A stretch of 63,911 bases of DNA, counting the filler, from Sphacelaria rigidula (taxonomy: Eukaryota): assembly GCA_964200075.2 (NCBI GenBank). It is 11 parts of 11 records of this genome, joined end to end, with 100 filler letters (N's around TTAATTAATTAA, not from the genome) between each part and the next. Parts side by side here need not be neighbours in the genome. Positions count along the whole stretch, not along the records: positions 5,821 to 11,540 come from CAXNAA020024986.1; positions 11,641 to 17,359 come from CAXNAA020024987.1; positions 17,460 to 23,178 come from CAXNAA020024988.1; positions 23,279 to 28,997 come from CAXNAA020024989.1; 7 more parts are not named here. One strand, given 5' to 3'. Positions 11,342-23,715 of the stretch are shown here, in pieces. The position numbers and the translations under genes were made by a program. How positions within the stretch are numbered: position 1 is the first letter of the stretch; each line of letters begins with the position of its first letter. The notes under the pieces were generated by a model, which was given only the letters and a program-made list of their open reading frames with translations, was not told the origin of the DNA and searched no databases.

Positions 11342-12123
11342 CTGCAAGTCCCTGTCCTGTTACACGATATAGGCAAGACATGCGTTAGATACAGGCAGTC
11401 GACAATAGTTGCAACATGCCAGTACTTTACCAAGTATATCTCTCCCAATTTGTTCAACATATTTTTCGCAGCGGTGATGATGGTATCGTTCGACCGCTTC
11501 TCGATCAATAAAGCGGTGGTGCGAGATTTCATCCGAATCGNNNNNNNNNNNNNNNNNNNNNNNNNNNNNNNNNNNNNNNNNNNNTTAATTAATTAANNNN
11601 NNNNNNNNNNNNNNNNNNNNNNNNNNNNNNNNNNNNNNNNTCCCTCCCGCCCCCCCCCCCCCCCCCCCTACTGTTTTTTGTTCTCTCAATTCTTGCTGTT
11701 TTTTTTCGTGATTTGTCATTCAGGCCCTTTTGGACGCTGGCGACGAGTGGTCGACACACAAGAAGTGCATTTCCGCGGATCCGAGGAGGTGAGAAAGATG
11801 ACACGACCACAATTGTGCCGCTGCTTCCCGGCGGTCTGTCTAATTTCCAGAGCAATTCAGAAAGACAGTAGCTACTGTAGTCAGGGCGGAACGTTGCGTG
11901 TTCGAATCTTGGCAGATACGGTGTTTTCGTAGGAGAAAGTGCGTAAGGACGTCATTGATAGGTTATTTTCATTGATTGTTGTACATCACCTGATCGTTTT
12001 TTTTTGCGGTAACCATGATGGTGGTCGAGCTATTGTAGATCATATTGTGCGGGTCGGAGAACGTGAACTCCGCGCGAAGGGGATGATTATACTATATAAT
12101 AGTGTTCACATGGTGAGACACCT

Positions 12124-12420
12124 GTGAGGCAGTGTGTAACCCGTGGCTGCCTCTGGAAGTGGCGATACCAGATACTAAAGCAACTCATTGGAGGCTGTCA
12201 TCCAAATGCACAACAATCAGTAGGCTTCGGGCCGAACAATCTTAGCAGGATATAGCTCACCCTTCATGCGACTCGCCGAACCCATCACGGCGCTTCGCGC
12301 TTGGTGGTTTGATTGCGAGCCTGGTCCGGCGAAAACCCGGCATGCTCTGTCCTGGCTGTGTAGGGATACGAGGTCGACGGCCTCATGGCTACGGCACACA
12401 AAATCATGAGTACACCCCCC
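12124..12420 (+). repeat. ~300-bp dispersed repeat family; pieces at 5465-5512(-), 5821-5890, 22330-22505, 23135-23178, 29098-29235(-), 37020-37115(-), 60415-60680(-)
   Basis: Shared GCTTCGCGCTTGGT..CCTGGTCC.GCGAAAACCCGG core, start GAGGCA.TGT..AGCCGTGGCTG.CTCTGGAAG, end CATGAGTACACCCC. Confidence 0.9.
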
Positions 12421-13699
12421 GAGGAATCATGGTCCAGCAATAGTCATTACCCACAACATAGTCGTACCCGAGATGAACAAAACGGCAACAGTAACTCAAG
12501 AAGAGTGAAAAAAAAAAACAGAAGAGTTGAAAAGATGAACCGGGTATGGCTGTTGGAAATTGGAAACAACCAAAATAAAGAAATCAAAGCGAAGACGAAG
12601 AAAAATCTAGAATTGGTAAGTAGCAGAAAACAAGTTTTCGACGGGAGTCGCCGGGGTGCGGGAGTGCTGATCAGACCCGCAGTACCAAAATGTGAGGCAG
12701 GCACCGCACCGATGGAGAAATGAGATGGAGTGATCCATTCTATAAGCACGGACTCTTCTACTAGGAAGAGGCGGAGTTTGAAGTCTCATTATTAAGTTAT
12801 GTTAGTTTAATCATTCAAAAGAAGCAGGGTATGGATTTTCATCTTCTTTTTTATTTCCTACTGGGGTTCTGTACAGCTCGTTGGGTGCTGATGAGATTGA
12901 TCCTACGTCGACCCCTTTGAACATGTAAACGACAAATTCACGTATTTTTTCTCGGTTGTTGTTATTCGAAAGCAATGTACTCAGCGTTAATTTAATACTC
13001 CCAGAAACAAGCTAGTCGAATGACAATTCTCTTGATATCATCACCAAGTCTGTATCACAGTACTTGCCATCAGTTGTGTTCATATATCTATATATTATGG
13101 ATCATTGTTGTTATTAATAAGTCAAGTTGCTGCCAAATTGAAAGGGCTCGTCTCTGGTTTCGAGAGTTGGTAAACGTCTGCGTCACGAGGCCTGACAATC
13201 CAAATAGATATTGTCATTGTCCACACCTTGGATGATGACAATAGATTACATAGTCGAAAGTCGTGCTCCGCACATTATCGACCATTGCGTCTATTGCAGT
13301 AGGCGATATATTCTATACTGTATGCAGTACAACTTTTGACAACATGATCTATTGTGGTGGTCCAGGGTATGATATTGTCACGTTTTCCTACCGAGATCCT
13401 CGGGGTAAAGAGTAATATATATATCAGTCAGAGATCAGAGACCCCGGATCACGTGTCATGTGGTTATTGGAGGATAACTACCGCGCCCCGGTGGTGTAAA
13501 TTGAATTATGATACACGTGGGAATCATTAGGGCGGAAGAATGCGGGTCCGATTCCCGGCAGATGCATCTGGGATTTTCCTGAGAAGTTTCTGATTTCCGT
13601 AGTTGGAAACGTAGCGGCGAGTAACATTTTTTTTGTTGTTGCGTAAAATCGACGCGGTGCGAGAGTGCCGATCCAATCCACGATGTCAAAATAAAAGGC

Positions 13700-13739
<40 letters not shown>

Positions 13740-15153
13740 CGCCAAACACGCCGTCTCCCCCTGAAGCANNNNNNNNNNGGGGGGGGAAAATTTTTTTTTT
13801 TTTTGGGGGGAAGTTAGCGGGGGGGGGGGGTGCCGACCCCATCCCCATGGTCAAAAAAAAAGGGGGGCCCCCCCCCCCCCCCCCCCCCGCGTGACTCGGA
13901 GAGAGATAAATGGGTTGATTCCCTGAGACAAGGTCACGACCTTGTCCCGAGAAAGGGAACAGTCTGGAAGTGTGCCGGGGGGAGGGGAATTACTCGCGAC
14001 AGGGACAGGGGCTGCTCAGCTGTACATCACGTCAGAGTCGCCGGCGTTCAAGGGTCAGCTGACGATATGGTTCCGAAAGGAGGTCTGGTGCCCAAGGGGT
14101 CTGCTTCGAAGTGCTTGTGTGGCACTTTCGGAACGATTAAAAATTAGCGTCATACATGAAAAACCAGTACACCACACGGTTGATGTCGACCTCTCCCCTC
14201 GCGATCAGATAAGAGCCTGTTCGATTTTGTACTCGTGGCATCGGAGGGTGGAACGACCGAAAATCGATATTTCCAGGCTTTGACGTTTGATATCCCGTTG
14301 TCCTAAAAAAAACAAAACAAAAGTAGTACAATAATTTTTGAAAAAAATGTTTCTTGATGTTTTTTATAATAATAATTGTCATGCTTGTAGTGTTTTTTTG
14401 TTGAGTAAAGAATATCAATATCTCAATTTTTCGTGTCTAGTTTTTTTTTTTTTTCTTGGACAAGGAGAAGACCATATACGAGTGGTAATGGCCATTGCCA
14501 ATTTGTTGGGTAGCGGAAGTGCTTGCTACGGTACAATACATTGCAGGCCACTCGATTTCCTTTGGGACTCCGAATCAACACAAAAACGAGCGCTAAAAAT
14601 GAGTAAAACGCTCGTATGCCCCCGAACGTGCATTGCCAACAACCTTTTGGTTGCTCAGTGACTACTGCTCGTTGTCCCCTGAGGAGAGTACAGCACGCGC
14701 CATCGCTTGGCATCCTGACTGCAACGCGCCCGCTGGTCATCATTCACACTTGAAATCTAGACTGTAACGCATCCGCTCGTTGTTATCCACCTTTGATGGG
14801 TGTTTTGAGAAACCGAGTTTCAGGTGTTTGTCGTTTTGTGCTGCAATGTTAAGCAAGGGGTGATCTATCTTCAGAAATTGACACATTACTCCTGAGTTTT
14901 TATTTTTGCCCGAATGCGAGCGAGTTACTGCGAAAGCAAGTCATTACCCTGCGACACGCAGTTGAGTTCATTATTAGAACCAGGAGTGAGGAGTAGTCTG
15001 CTTTAGAGTTCGGCCGGAGTTCATTCACCGCGAAAGAGAGACGTTGAACTGATGTGGTGAGTATAAAAACGATGGATCGGCTGAGCTGCTGTCTCGCCTG
15101 AGACACCGCTCCATACCCTCCAGAAATGAATGGGCTGAAAAGGATCAGATCAC

Positions 15154-15351
15154 CTAGCGAGTATCTAGGGGCATGAGGTGAATTCTGCAGGTGATGCAGT
15201 TGCCCTTCAGAGTGTTTTTATCCGCTTCCGCGCTGAGGTGTAAGGTGTGATGTGCCCATCTTTCGAATATAGCATTTTTCGATAAATGACTGCCAGACGT
15301 CGGTGTCCACGTGCAGGCGGACGCTCGAAGGGTTGCCATGCTTCTTGGCAA
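15154..15351 (-). pseudogene. Frameshifted exon-like remnant, possibly of a KDZ-like transposase
   Basis: CTACAG acceptor; reads DVWQSFIEKCYIRK / WAHH..GNCITCRIHLMPLD with one frameshift. Confidence 0.25.
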
Positions 15352-16630
15352 CTGTAGAAGATACTCATTTTTTGTGCGAGGAGATGGTTGGGGACGGGAA
15401 GGGGGGGGTTAGGGGAAGGGGGCGAAGGTACCAGATCTGAAAAATTTACCACCCCTGTTTGTACCTTTGTTTGTAGCACGTCACATACGCCCCCACACCC
15501 ATAACAATTACCTCATTTAACTTTTTCGCCGTTGAAGAAAGAGCCTTGGATGCAGGTGCACTTTTTTTCATCTTTTTCACTTGGTTTTAGACTACGGCTA
15601 AACGGCGTTCCCACAAGCTCTGAGAGGCCAGCATTTGCTCACACTTGATTTTAGAGAACGGCGACACGGTGTCATTCGGTCGTCCTCAGAAGCTCAGAGA
15701 GGCGAGCATTTGCTCTTACTCGATTTTAGAGTACAGCGAACGGGGTCATTTTGTTCTCTCAAGCTCCGACAAGGCAGCATTGCATGATTCCCCTTCAGGA
15801 GGTTTCGGAGGTTTCGGGAGCATCGCTCCCACGGCGGTGCTTTGCATGGTGTTTTCCGCCTTCTTTCCTCGCCATGGCGGTAGACCCTTCGTGCGCCCAT
15901 GTCACACCGCACACAGGACTGTCAGAATCGTTCCCAGAGGCTCTGAGACAGGTGCACTTTTTCGCTTGCTTTTAGAGTACGGTGAAACGGGGTCTCTTTG
16001 TGACCCTTTGACCGTCCAAGTAACTGATGACGATTTAACAACAGATGACCTATCATGGCGATCAAATGATCAAATTCGTTGCCACTATTTGGGTTCTTGG
16101 TTTGCGGGGGCGGTCAGTTCCTCAGGTTCACTTTTGATTGTGATGCGTTGTTTTGAGCCTTCGTACATACTCATCACCCATGTTGCTCTTCGGGCTGAAA
16201 ATGAAACAAACAACAAGTTTTTTTGAAAATCGAACCGGCATCATGCTCATGAAACAGTCAAAAGACACGACAATTTTTTCCCGTCGCTTTCCATCAACCA
16301 TTTGACAGCGAAAATTGGGCAATCTGTTGAAGTGGCATCAATTTCACTCAATAAAAGTGTCCATGATCCAGATTTGCTACCGTGCTCAGTCCATGAACTT
16401 ACACAACGCACACAGCTATCACCGGTGCTCATGTACCCTGGCTGTCGATCCACTGATCGTGGCGGCGAAGCCGGAGAAACGCCACGTTGCGGTTGTCGTG
16501 TGCTCAACTCTCCTGCTATTTCTGGAGCCTGTTTCGTACAATGGGTCGTGTCTGTGATGTTGAATCCGGGGTTGTCCGTGTTTCGGGAGATACCGGTCGC
16601 TACTGTTGGTCGAGTGTTCTTTGCTGTTTA

Positions 16631-17113
16631 GGCCGGATGTCATGGCAAACAGATTTTTGGCTGACGGATTGTTCACCTTAGGGACATTTGACCCCCCTTT
16701 TGACCCCCAAACAGGGAAAATCGCCAACACACGTCTTGGACACTTTTCATCACCCCACAGAGAGGAGCCTAGCCCATTTTTCAGAATCGCTTGGCTCCGA
16801 GGTTTCAAGATTGGCCGCTGAACAAAAATTCGTGTGCGAAAATCCTTGCTTGCCGACCCCCGCCAGTTTGCCTAATATTCTGTGGAGATCGCCGTAGATT
16901 TTGTTGCACACGGATTTTTGTTGAGCGACCGCTCTCGAACTCTTGGAGCCAAGCGAATCTCAAAAGTGGGCTAGGCTTCTCTCTGTAGGGCGATGCAAAG
17001 TGTCCAAGACGTGAGTTGGCGATGTTCCCTGTTTGGGGGTAAAAAAAGTGGCTCAAACGCCATAAAAGTGAACAATCCGTGGGCCAAAAGTCTGTGTGCC
17101 ATAACATCCGGCC
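16631..17113. mobile_element. Foldback palindromic module with ~215-bp arms
   Basis: GGCCGGATGTCATGGCA... mirrored by ...TGCCATAACATCCGGCC; one arm also present at ~61265-61508. Confidence 0.9.
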
Positions 17114-18028
17114 TTCGCACGACGGGATAGTCTGTCATGTTGAATCCGTGGTCGTCGTTTACCGTGTTTTGGAGGATATCGGTCGCTACTGTTGGTCGAT
17201 TGTTGCTTTCCTTCTTCCGTTTCTCTTATATATCCACTACTTTGCGGGTGTTGCCTGCTTCGTTGTTGCCCACGAAGGAGAGGGAATGAATATTGAGCAA
17301 TGGACTAGAAAAGGTATACCTTCTCGTTTTTTGCCCAAAAAAAATAAAAAAAATGGCCANNNNNNNNNNNNNNNNNNNNNNNNNNNNNNNNNNNNNNNNN
17401 NNNTTAATTAATTAANNNNNNNNNNNNNNNNNNNNNNNNNNNNNNNNNNNNNNNNNNNNTAGCAACATGAAGCCACTGTTTCATGTATATGCAGGACACG
17501 TCATTCCTAACCAGCCTCGTTGGTCGTGCCCAGTCCCAAAAGGGTTAACTTGATGAAATGGCGTTACCAAGCGTGTTATATTTGTTTCTAGCAGCAGCAG
17601 CAGTAGCGGTAGTAGTAGTGGTAAAGTAGTATTTTATTCATTTATTTATCGTTGCCCTTATCATTACCATTACTATCAAGCTTACTAACTTCGATGTTAT
17701 CAACTTCATCGTTTGTTACCCAAATGTTACTACAAATAAACCGGGCTCGATCGACCGGGGAAGTGCCATTCTCCTAAATCTTCCGTCCGAGCTATGATCA
17801 TACTCCTTATTTTGGGTGCTTCACCACCGTGCCCCAATCGTCCCGGTCCCTGTTCGGTGATGAGGGATCTGGACTCCCAGTCCACGCCCCGTGCCCACAC
17901 GCTCCGCATACCCCACACTAAGTTGGAGGTACAGTATTGCTACCATCGCTTTCCATACCCCTCCGGTCCTGGTTGAGATTAATGGTACCCGCTTGTTTTT
18001 CATACGATTGCTCTCCATACCCCTACAG

Positions 18029-18345
18029 GTACAGGTGGTAACGGTACTGCCAATGCCGACCGCTTCGGGGGAAGCGGCAACCCATCTCACCGCACCCGTA
18101 GCGCCCATAGATCCACCAGTCATAAGAACAACAACAAAAACAATGGCAACAACCACCTCGGGAGTACAAGCTCCTCCTATGCTATCTCCTCCGGAGTAAC
18201 AGACAGCGGCTTGGGACAGTTCGGGAGCATGTCCGCGGCGATAGATGCCGCTCGAGCAAGGGACAGCTTGTTCGTGGCGAAGTGGATGTTGGAGCCGGAG
18301 TCTCGCGAAGTGCGCATGCGGCAGGCGAACTTTACCGGGCCGTTG
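18029..18345 (+). CDS. Exon (G/N/S-rich linker then ARARDSLFVAKWMLEPESREVRMRQANFTGPL) of a possible TRP-like protein
   Basis: CTACAG acceptor, GTGAGT donor, 317 nt open; joins in frame to 19663-19791. Confidence 0.7.
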
Positions 18346-19121
18346 GTGAGTTTTCACTATTTTTTTTTCGAAGCCAACTTCGCCCGACCGCTGGTAAGTT
18401 TGTTCCATTGTTAGTCGTTCTGTTTTTCGAGAAAAGTGGAAGCGGAGGCGGAGACACGGGCGGGGGTGTGGAGCATTTGATTTTTTTTTCTCAAGAGCTT
18501 TGTTCGCGTACAGGGCGAGCGAAGCTCTTACATACACGGATCGGGCAGGAGCACCGCATGACTAATAAATACATCTCTATATATATATATATAAATGCGA
18601 ACCGAACACGTCTCACAGGACTATATCTGGATCGGGTACAAATCTCGCATGACCATCTTCGCACCGGCGAGGAAAAGTGGAAATCTCGTATAACCATATA
18701 TCTGAACCGGGTACAAATTTCGCATGAACATCTCTGACATCGTAGAGCAAATATTGAAGAGAAAAAACGGAAGAAAGGAAAGTATTGTTGTTGACCCGTC
18801 ACCTTCAGGTGCTGAGAAATGATATTTTTGATCCTGGCCGTTTTTGTGTATGTGTTCCCCGTAATTTATCGCTCACTCCGTCCGTTTCTTCGATGTGCTG
18901 CAGTGACGACAGTAACAAGAAAAGTTCAGCGTACATGCATGTACCTTCCCCACCGTGGATTATGACGATATATGACACTGTAAAGAAGTGTATTGCGTAC
19001 AGTATCGATTTTGGGTCATACCTTGAACGAAATTCCACCTCAAATCGTCGTTGAAGGCAGCAACGTTTATTCGAACGCGCTTGTCACCAACAGGACACAC
19101 TCATTCACAGAGGTCAGTTTA

Positions 19122-19434
19122 CCACTTGGGATGGTGAGAAAATTCTCAGAAACTTATAAGTTCGAACAACCTGAAACACCAACACTAAACACTAAGCCTA
19201 ACCCCAACGAAGGCACACCGAGAACCCTCGGGCGAGGGGGTGGAGGGTGTTACATAGGCGAAGGGTGCGTTGCCAGACCTGAAATCGGCGCCCCAGGCGC
19301 CGATTTCGACCAAAACGCGTTCTGCGCAAGCTAGGAGCATGCCTGGAGCATAGCCGCATTAAAGAGCTGGATTTTCGCTGTTCACACTAAAATCAAGTCG
19401 AACTATCTGATAATTTTCTCACCATCCCGAGTGG
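19122..19434. mobile_element. MITE with ~29-bp TIR and TTA (or degenerate TTAA) TSD; Harbinger- or piggyBac-like
   Basis: CCACTTGGGATGGTGAGAAAATTCTCAGA ... TCTGATAATTTTCTCACCATCCCGAGTGG, with TTA on both flanks. Confidence 0.85.
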
Positions 19435-19662
19435 TTAACTCTACTGCATTCACACCACTTAGCACCGCTTTTACCCAAATACAAACGCACCAAGAGTAGT
19501 TAGGTCGTCTAACACATCTTTGAAGTCCTGTTTTTAGGTGAATCAACCCCCGCCCCCGCCCCCGCCCCCTTCCTTACAATCGTCATCTTTTGAAGGTAAT
19601 ATCATGTTTCTGATTTTGTTGTTGCCGCGTTTGTGTTCATTGTTAATTTTCCCGATATTTAG

Positions 19663-19791
19663 GCCGCTGCTCTGCGGATGGGGTGGTGTGACTTCGTCGG
19701 GTCCCCCCTTGTGGTGGACTATCTGTGGCTCAAATTCACGGCTGGCCTCGAGTTGGACACGCTCGTGCCCAAGGCGAGGGAGCCATCGCAG
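19663..19791 (+). CDS. Exon AAALRMGWCDFVGSPLVVDYLWLKFTAGLELDTLVPKAREPSQ (TRP pre-S1-like pattern)
   Basis: TTTAG acceptor, CAG|GCGAGT (GC) donor, 129 nt open; the joined GPLAAAL..F...PLV.DYL..KF resembles TRP-channel pre-S1 helices. Product assignment is inference. Confidence 0.6.
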
Positions 19792-20439
19792 GCGAGTTGT
19801 CTTGAGAGGTTCGCTTTCGAACAAAAGAAATACGCTCATCCACTCAGCTAGCTGCCGTTGACTCGTTCATTTAGACTGTAATGTTTTTGTCCCGTAATGA
19901 CCCAGAGATCGAATGGTGGTCCATTTTTTTTTTTCTCTGTTATTTTTGGTACGTTTATCAGGTGACCATGACTGGATCCCTGGGGGGTCGGTTAGAGTGC
20001 GACAATCAATCAATCAATTAATCAAATCAAATGCCATACTGTCAAATCCTCCCCTCCCGCGTTCCCCGAGACGAGTTTTCAGTGTCAAGAGTTGGCCCAT
20101 CTCCGTCCCCCGACCCATGAGCATTCATTACGTGACGGCCATTTTTACTCGAAGCAATCGTTCGAATTTTACAAGGTTGTGTTCTGTAGGATGTGTACGG
20201 AGGCGGAGAAGAGATGTTTCATCGGTAAACACCCTTCCAAGCCATACCTAGAGTGCTCGGAAAAAGCCTCGATACCCGGCCGAACTATACTATGTTTGAT
20301 ACACATTCCGGTATGGTTAATATACCAACCAAAAATGTGTCACTCCCGGGCAATACCCTGCAGAGCACCTTGATCACCATTGGGCTTACAATGTGACCAC
20401 GGCTGGATCCCTGCGGGGTCAGTTAAAGTTGTTGTTGTC

Positions 20440-20640
20440 TTCATTAAAAACCGTTCCGATATCTGCGCGGTAAATTCGTACTGGGCATCTGATGCGGACG
20501 CCTTCCGTGGTCACAGGCTAGCTACCAATAATAAGGTAATGAGGAAATCAAACAGAACCACAAAAACATAATAGACCTGGATTAAAACTCAGAAAATGCG
20601 ATACAACCAAAACGGGGATAAATAATGAAGAAAGGGAATA
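20440..20640 (+). repeat. Dispersed repeat following a (GTT)n tract; copies ~31150-31330(+), ~60845-60990(-)
   Basis: AAAAACCGTTCCGATATCTGCGCGGT..GTACTGGGCATCTGA..CTTCCGTGGTCACAGGCTA shared. Confidence 0.85.
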
Positions 20641-21109
20641 CATGTGGCTGATCTTAGATCCGGTGCCGCAGGTGGCCATTCGAACTTCAGGGGTTGGCAC
20701 TCGGCTCTCCAACTCGACGCGCGAGACCAAGTAGAGATGAACATGGGGTCGGACTACGGCGAGACGCAAGACCCCACATGTCACCAACCAAAGAACTAGG
20801 AATCGCAAGTTCTATCTTCCGACCTCTTGAGGGACAGCTGTACGTACAAGCATACCAGGTGTACCAAGACAACGACTGCTTACATTACGACACCCCTGAT
20901 CGGGGGGGTTCACCCCCCACCCCTCCCTTCTCTGGACCGTCGTCATTGCTGTTCTATGTGGGCTTCATTGGTCTCGCGTCTAGTCGCACGCAGTCGATTG
21001 GCCTCCTCTTCATTTCTGTGCCATGAGGTCATGAACCTCTCCGCTCCTTGCAACGCTTGCGCGTAAGACGGCACCCCCCCCTCTCCCCCCCTCCTCCTTA
21101 TTCGATGCT

Positions 21110-21682
21110 GAGGATCATAGGACGCGGTCAATTCCGAATGTCTGGCGGTTGTCGTTCGTAGAGCCGTCTGTGACTCCGAAAGCGTGGAGATCGTCCCTCA
21201 GGCATTTCAGCCAGTTTTGTTCCGGGCACCCTGGTCCTGGATCTTCCCCCTCGACTAGTATTCCGAATGCTATTCGCTTAGTAGTCGTCCGTCCGGTTGT
21301 CTAGCCAGGGCTCCCGCGAACAGCAGTCGTCGTCGCCGGACGATGTCTTCGGCACTTTGGCATCCGGTCTTCTTGAGGGCCTGCGCATATGACAGCTGTC
21401 GGTATGTGCCGCGCACTCGGCGGTACCCGATGACTCGCAGGAGGAGCCGGTCGTGCACCTTTCTCAGCAAGTCGTAGTGTTCGCGGCGCGGGACCCACGT
21501 CATGCATCCGTATAGCAGGGCTGTATCGCCTCCGCTTTCAGCAGTCGGACCTTGGGTCTCCATGGTGCTTTCGGTCGGTCAGAGAGCTCCGGGGAGAACT
21601 CCCTGATGCACGCCCACGCTGCTCTGCTCCGATTGTTCTTTTCTTGCTTGAGTTCGCCCTCTTCGTTGACGAGCCCGCATAA
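21110..21682 (-). mobile_element. RTE-clade LINE, 5'-truncated 3' end (post-RT region), frameshifted
   Basis: KVRLLKAE / LLYGCMTW...HDRLLLRVIG...RRRRLLFAGALARQPDGRL is the typical RTE ORF C-terminus. Confidence 0.9.
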
Positions 21683-23715
21683 GTGCGACAATCAATCAAC
21701 TTCCTCTCTCCTGCATCGCCAAGATCGTGTCATACTCTACTCCTCGATCATCACCTCTAAAGGTTCAACTTTTTTTGTTTCGTGAGTACACACCACACCC
21801 TGTACAAAACATTACATTTGTCGAGAAGTGTACCGTGTAAAGTATGGGATATACTGTCTGTTGCAATAGACGCAATAGTCGACAGTGTACGCAGTGCACG
21901 TTTTGATGCAATAAGCTGTTGTTATTATCCAGGTTGTTGTACACAGACAACCGCAGTATGTTGTACTGAAGAATATTATTCGACATTCGGTGTTTTGAGC
22001 TATCTTGCCTTTCATGCGAGCTGATGGTTACTTCATGTGGTAGCTGTAGTCTCGAGATCTGCGATCAATATATTGAAATAACCACATGGCGAAAAAAAAA
22101 GGAGGAAAACGATGCCTCGCGCGCGCGCGCTTCATACCCCATCTTTTGTGCGGTATACCCCGTGAGCAAACAGTAAGGTACTTATTTGATTTCATTGATG
22201 CCGACTGCTATGCGACAGGATTCTGTTATGCTGATGTCTATTCCGTCAAGACATGAAACCGAATCCTTCATTTTAGATGAAGCGAATCAAAAGAGCGTCC
22301 GCTCGAACTCGTCTGTACCCCCCCACCCCCCCACTCATCAGTACGCTGACCCCTCATGCGACCCGCCGAATACATCACACCGTGCTTCGCGCTTGGTGAT
22401 TTGGGGCCTGGTCCAGCGAAAACCCGGGGTGCTCCGTCCCGCCTTCGTAGAGATGCGAAGTCAATGGCCTTGAGACTACCGCGCGCCGAATCATTAGTAC
22501 CCCCGCGCGCGCGCGCTCCCCTTCCCCACACCACCTCTTCTCCTTCTTGGTGCTGCATGCTCGTGCTCGCGTTTGTATGTCAAACTTGTTGAACTGTAAT
22601 CTCTGCGCAGTAAGACGTTATATTAAAAGGTATCTGTACTGGCACGCCCAAGCATACGAACTAACGGAAGGAAATTAGTGTTTTGCAGCACCAGCATCAT
22701 CAGGCATGGCCCATGGAACAAGACAAACGAGCGCGATTTCTCCTTCCCCGCCTCCCCTCCGTAACTTGTTGATGGGCTATCTAGCTACACACGTCATATC
22801 TACGTGAATATCCCATGTATACGTCCTTGCTGCTTCAAAATCAAAATGAACGGGGATGATGGGAGGGGGGGGGGGGGGCACGCTTCCCTGCTGTGTTTTA
22901 AAGGAGGTCTCTGACCGTCTGGGGGAGGGTACAAAATCCCTCTACCGTTGTCGGCCTGCAAGTCCGCGCAGGCAGTTTTTTTTTTATCTCAATGTGGATG
23001 GATCTCAATCCGGTCACCACGAAGAACTAGACTGGCGGCTTTTACGCTTACACCGTCGCCCACAGTGCCGCGGACGATACGGCTGTTTTTCACCGGTATT
23101 TCCTCCGGGGTCCCCGCCGATGGTGAGGCACCCATGAGGCAATGTATAAGCCGTGGCTGTCTCTGGAAGAAGCGATACNNNNNNNNNNNNNNNNNNNNNN
23201 NNNNNNNNNNNNNNNNNNNNNNTTAATTAATTAANNNNNNNNNNNNNNNNNNNNNNNNNNNNNNNNNNNNNNNNNNNNCCTTGGACCAGCGATCATTTTT
23301 TTTCTCCCTTTTGGGCAATCAGGCCGAAGTGATCGTGAGTTTGGTGGTTTTGGGTCGTGATGATTTGTCCTAACCGTGGTAAGTTCCTAATGTGGTAATA
23401 AACTGAAGATTGCCTTCTTTAGCCCAGACTGCGTTACCGTTTCCAGACTGTGATGCGAGGCTCGGGCTTTGATAGACGCGGTGCGGGAGCGCTGGTCATA
23501 TCCGCGATATCAATATGGTTAGACGTGTACGGGGATGGATGGGTTCATCCCTTGAGACTACGGACATGTCCCGAGGAAGGGGAATGATCAGAAGTGTGAG
23601 AAAAAAGCAAAGCGGAGTTCAGAGTGTTATTAGCTTTTGGGATTTACGGTGAAGGGGTGCGAGTCACGGCGGCTCTTTGCTGCTAAGGTGGTGGCGGGGC
23701 TGGATCAGTGTTGGT

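Noticed and set aside
13700..13890. Poly-Pro/poly-Gly ORFs and G/C homopolymers
   Set aside because: Low-quality read ends around a 10-N gap; the right side is a noisy duplicate of the SINE sequence on the left
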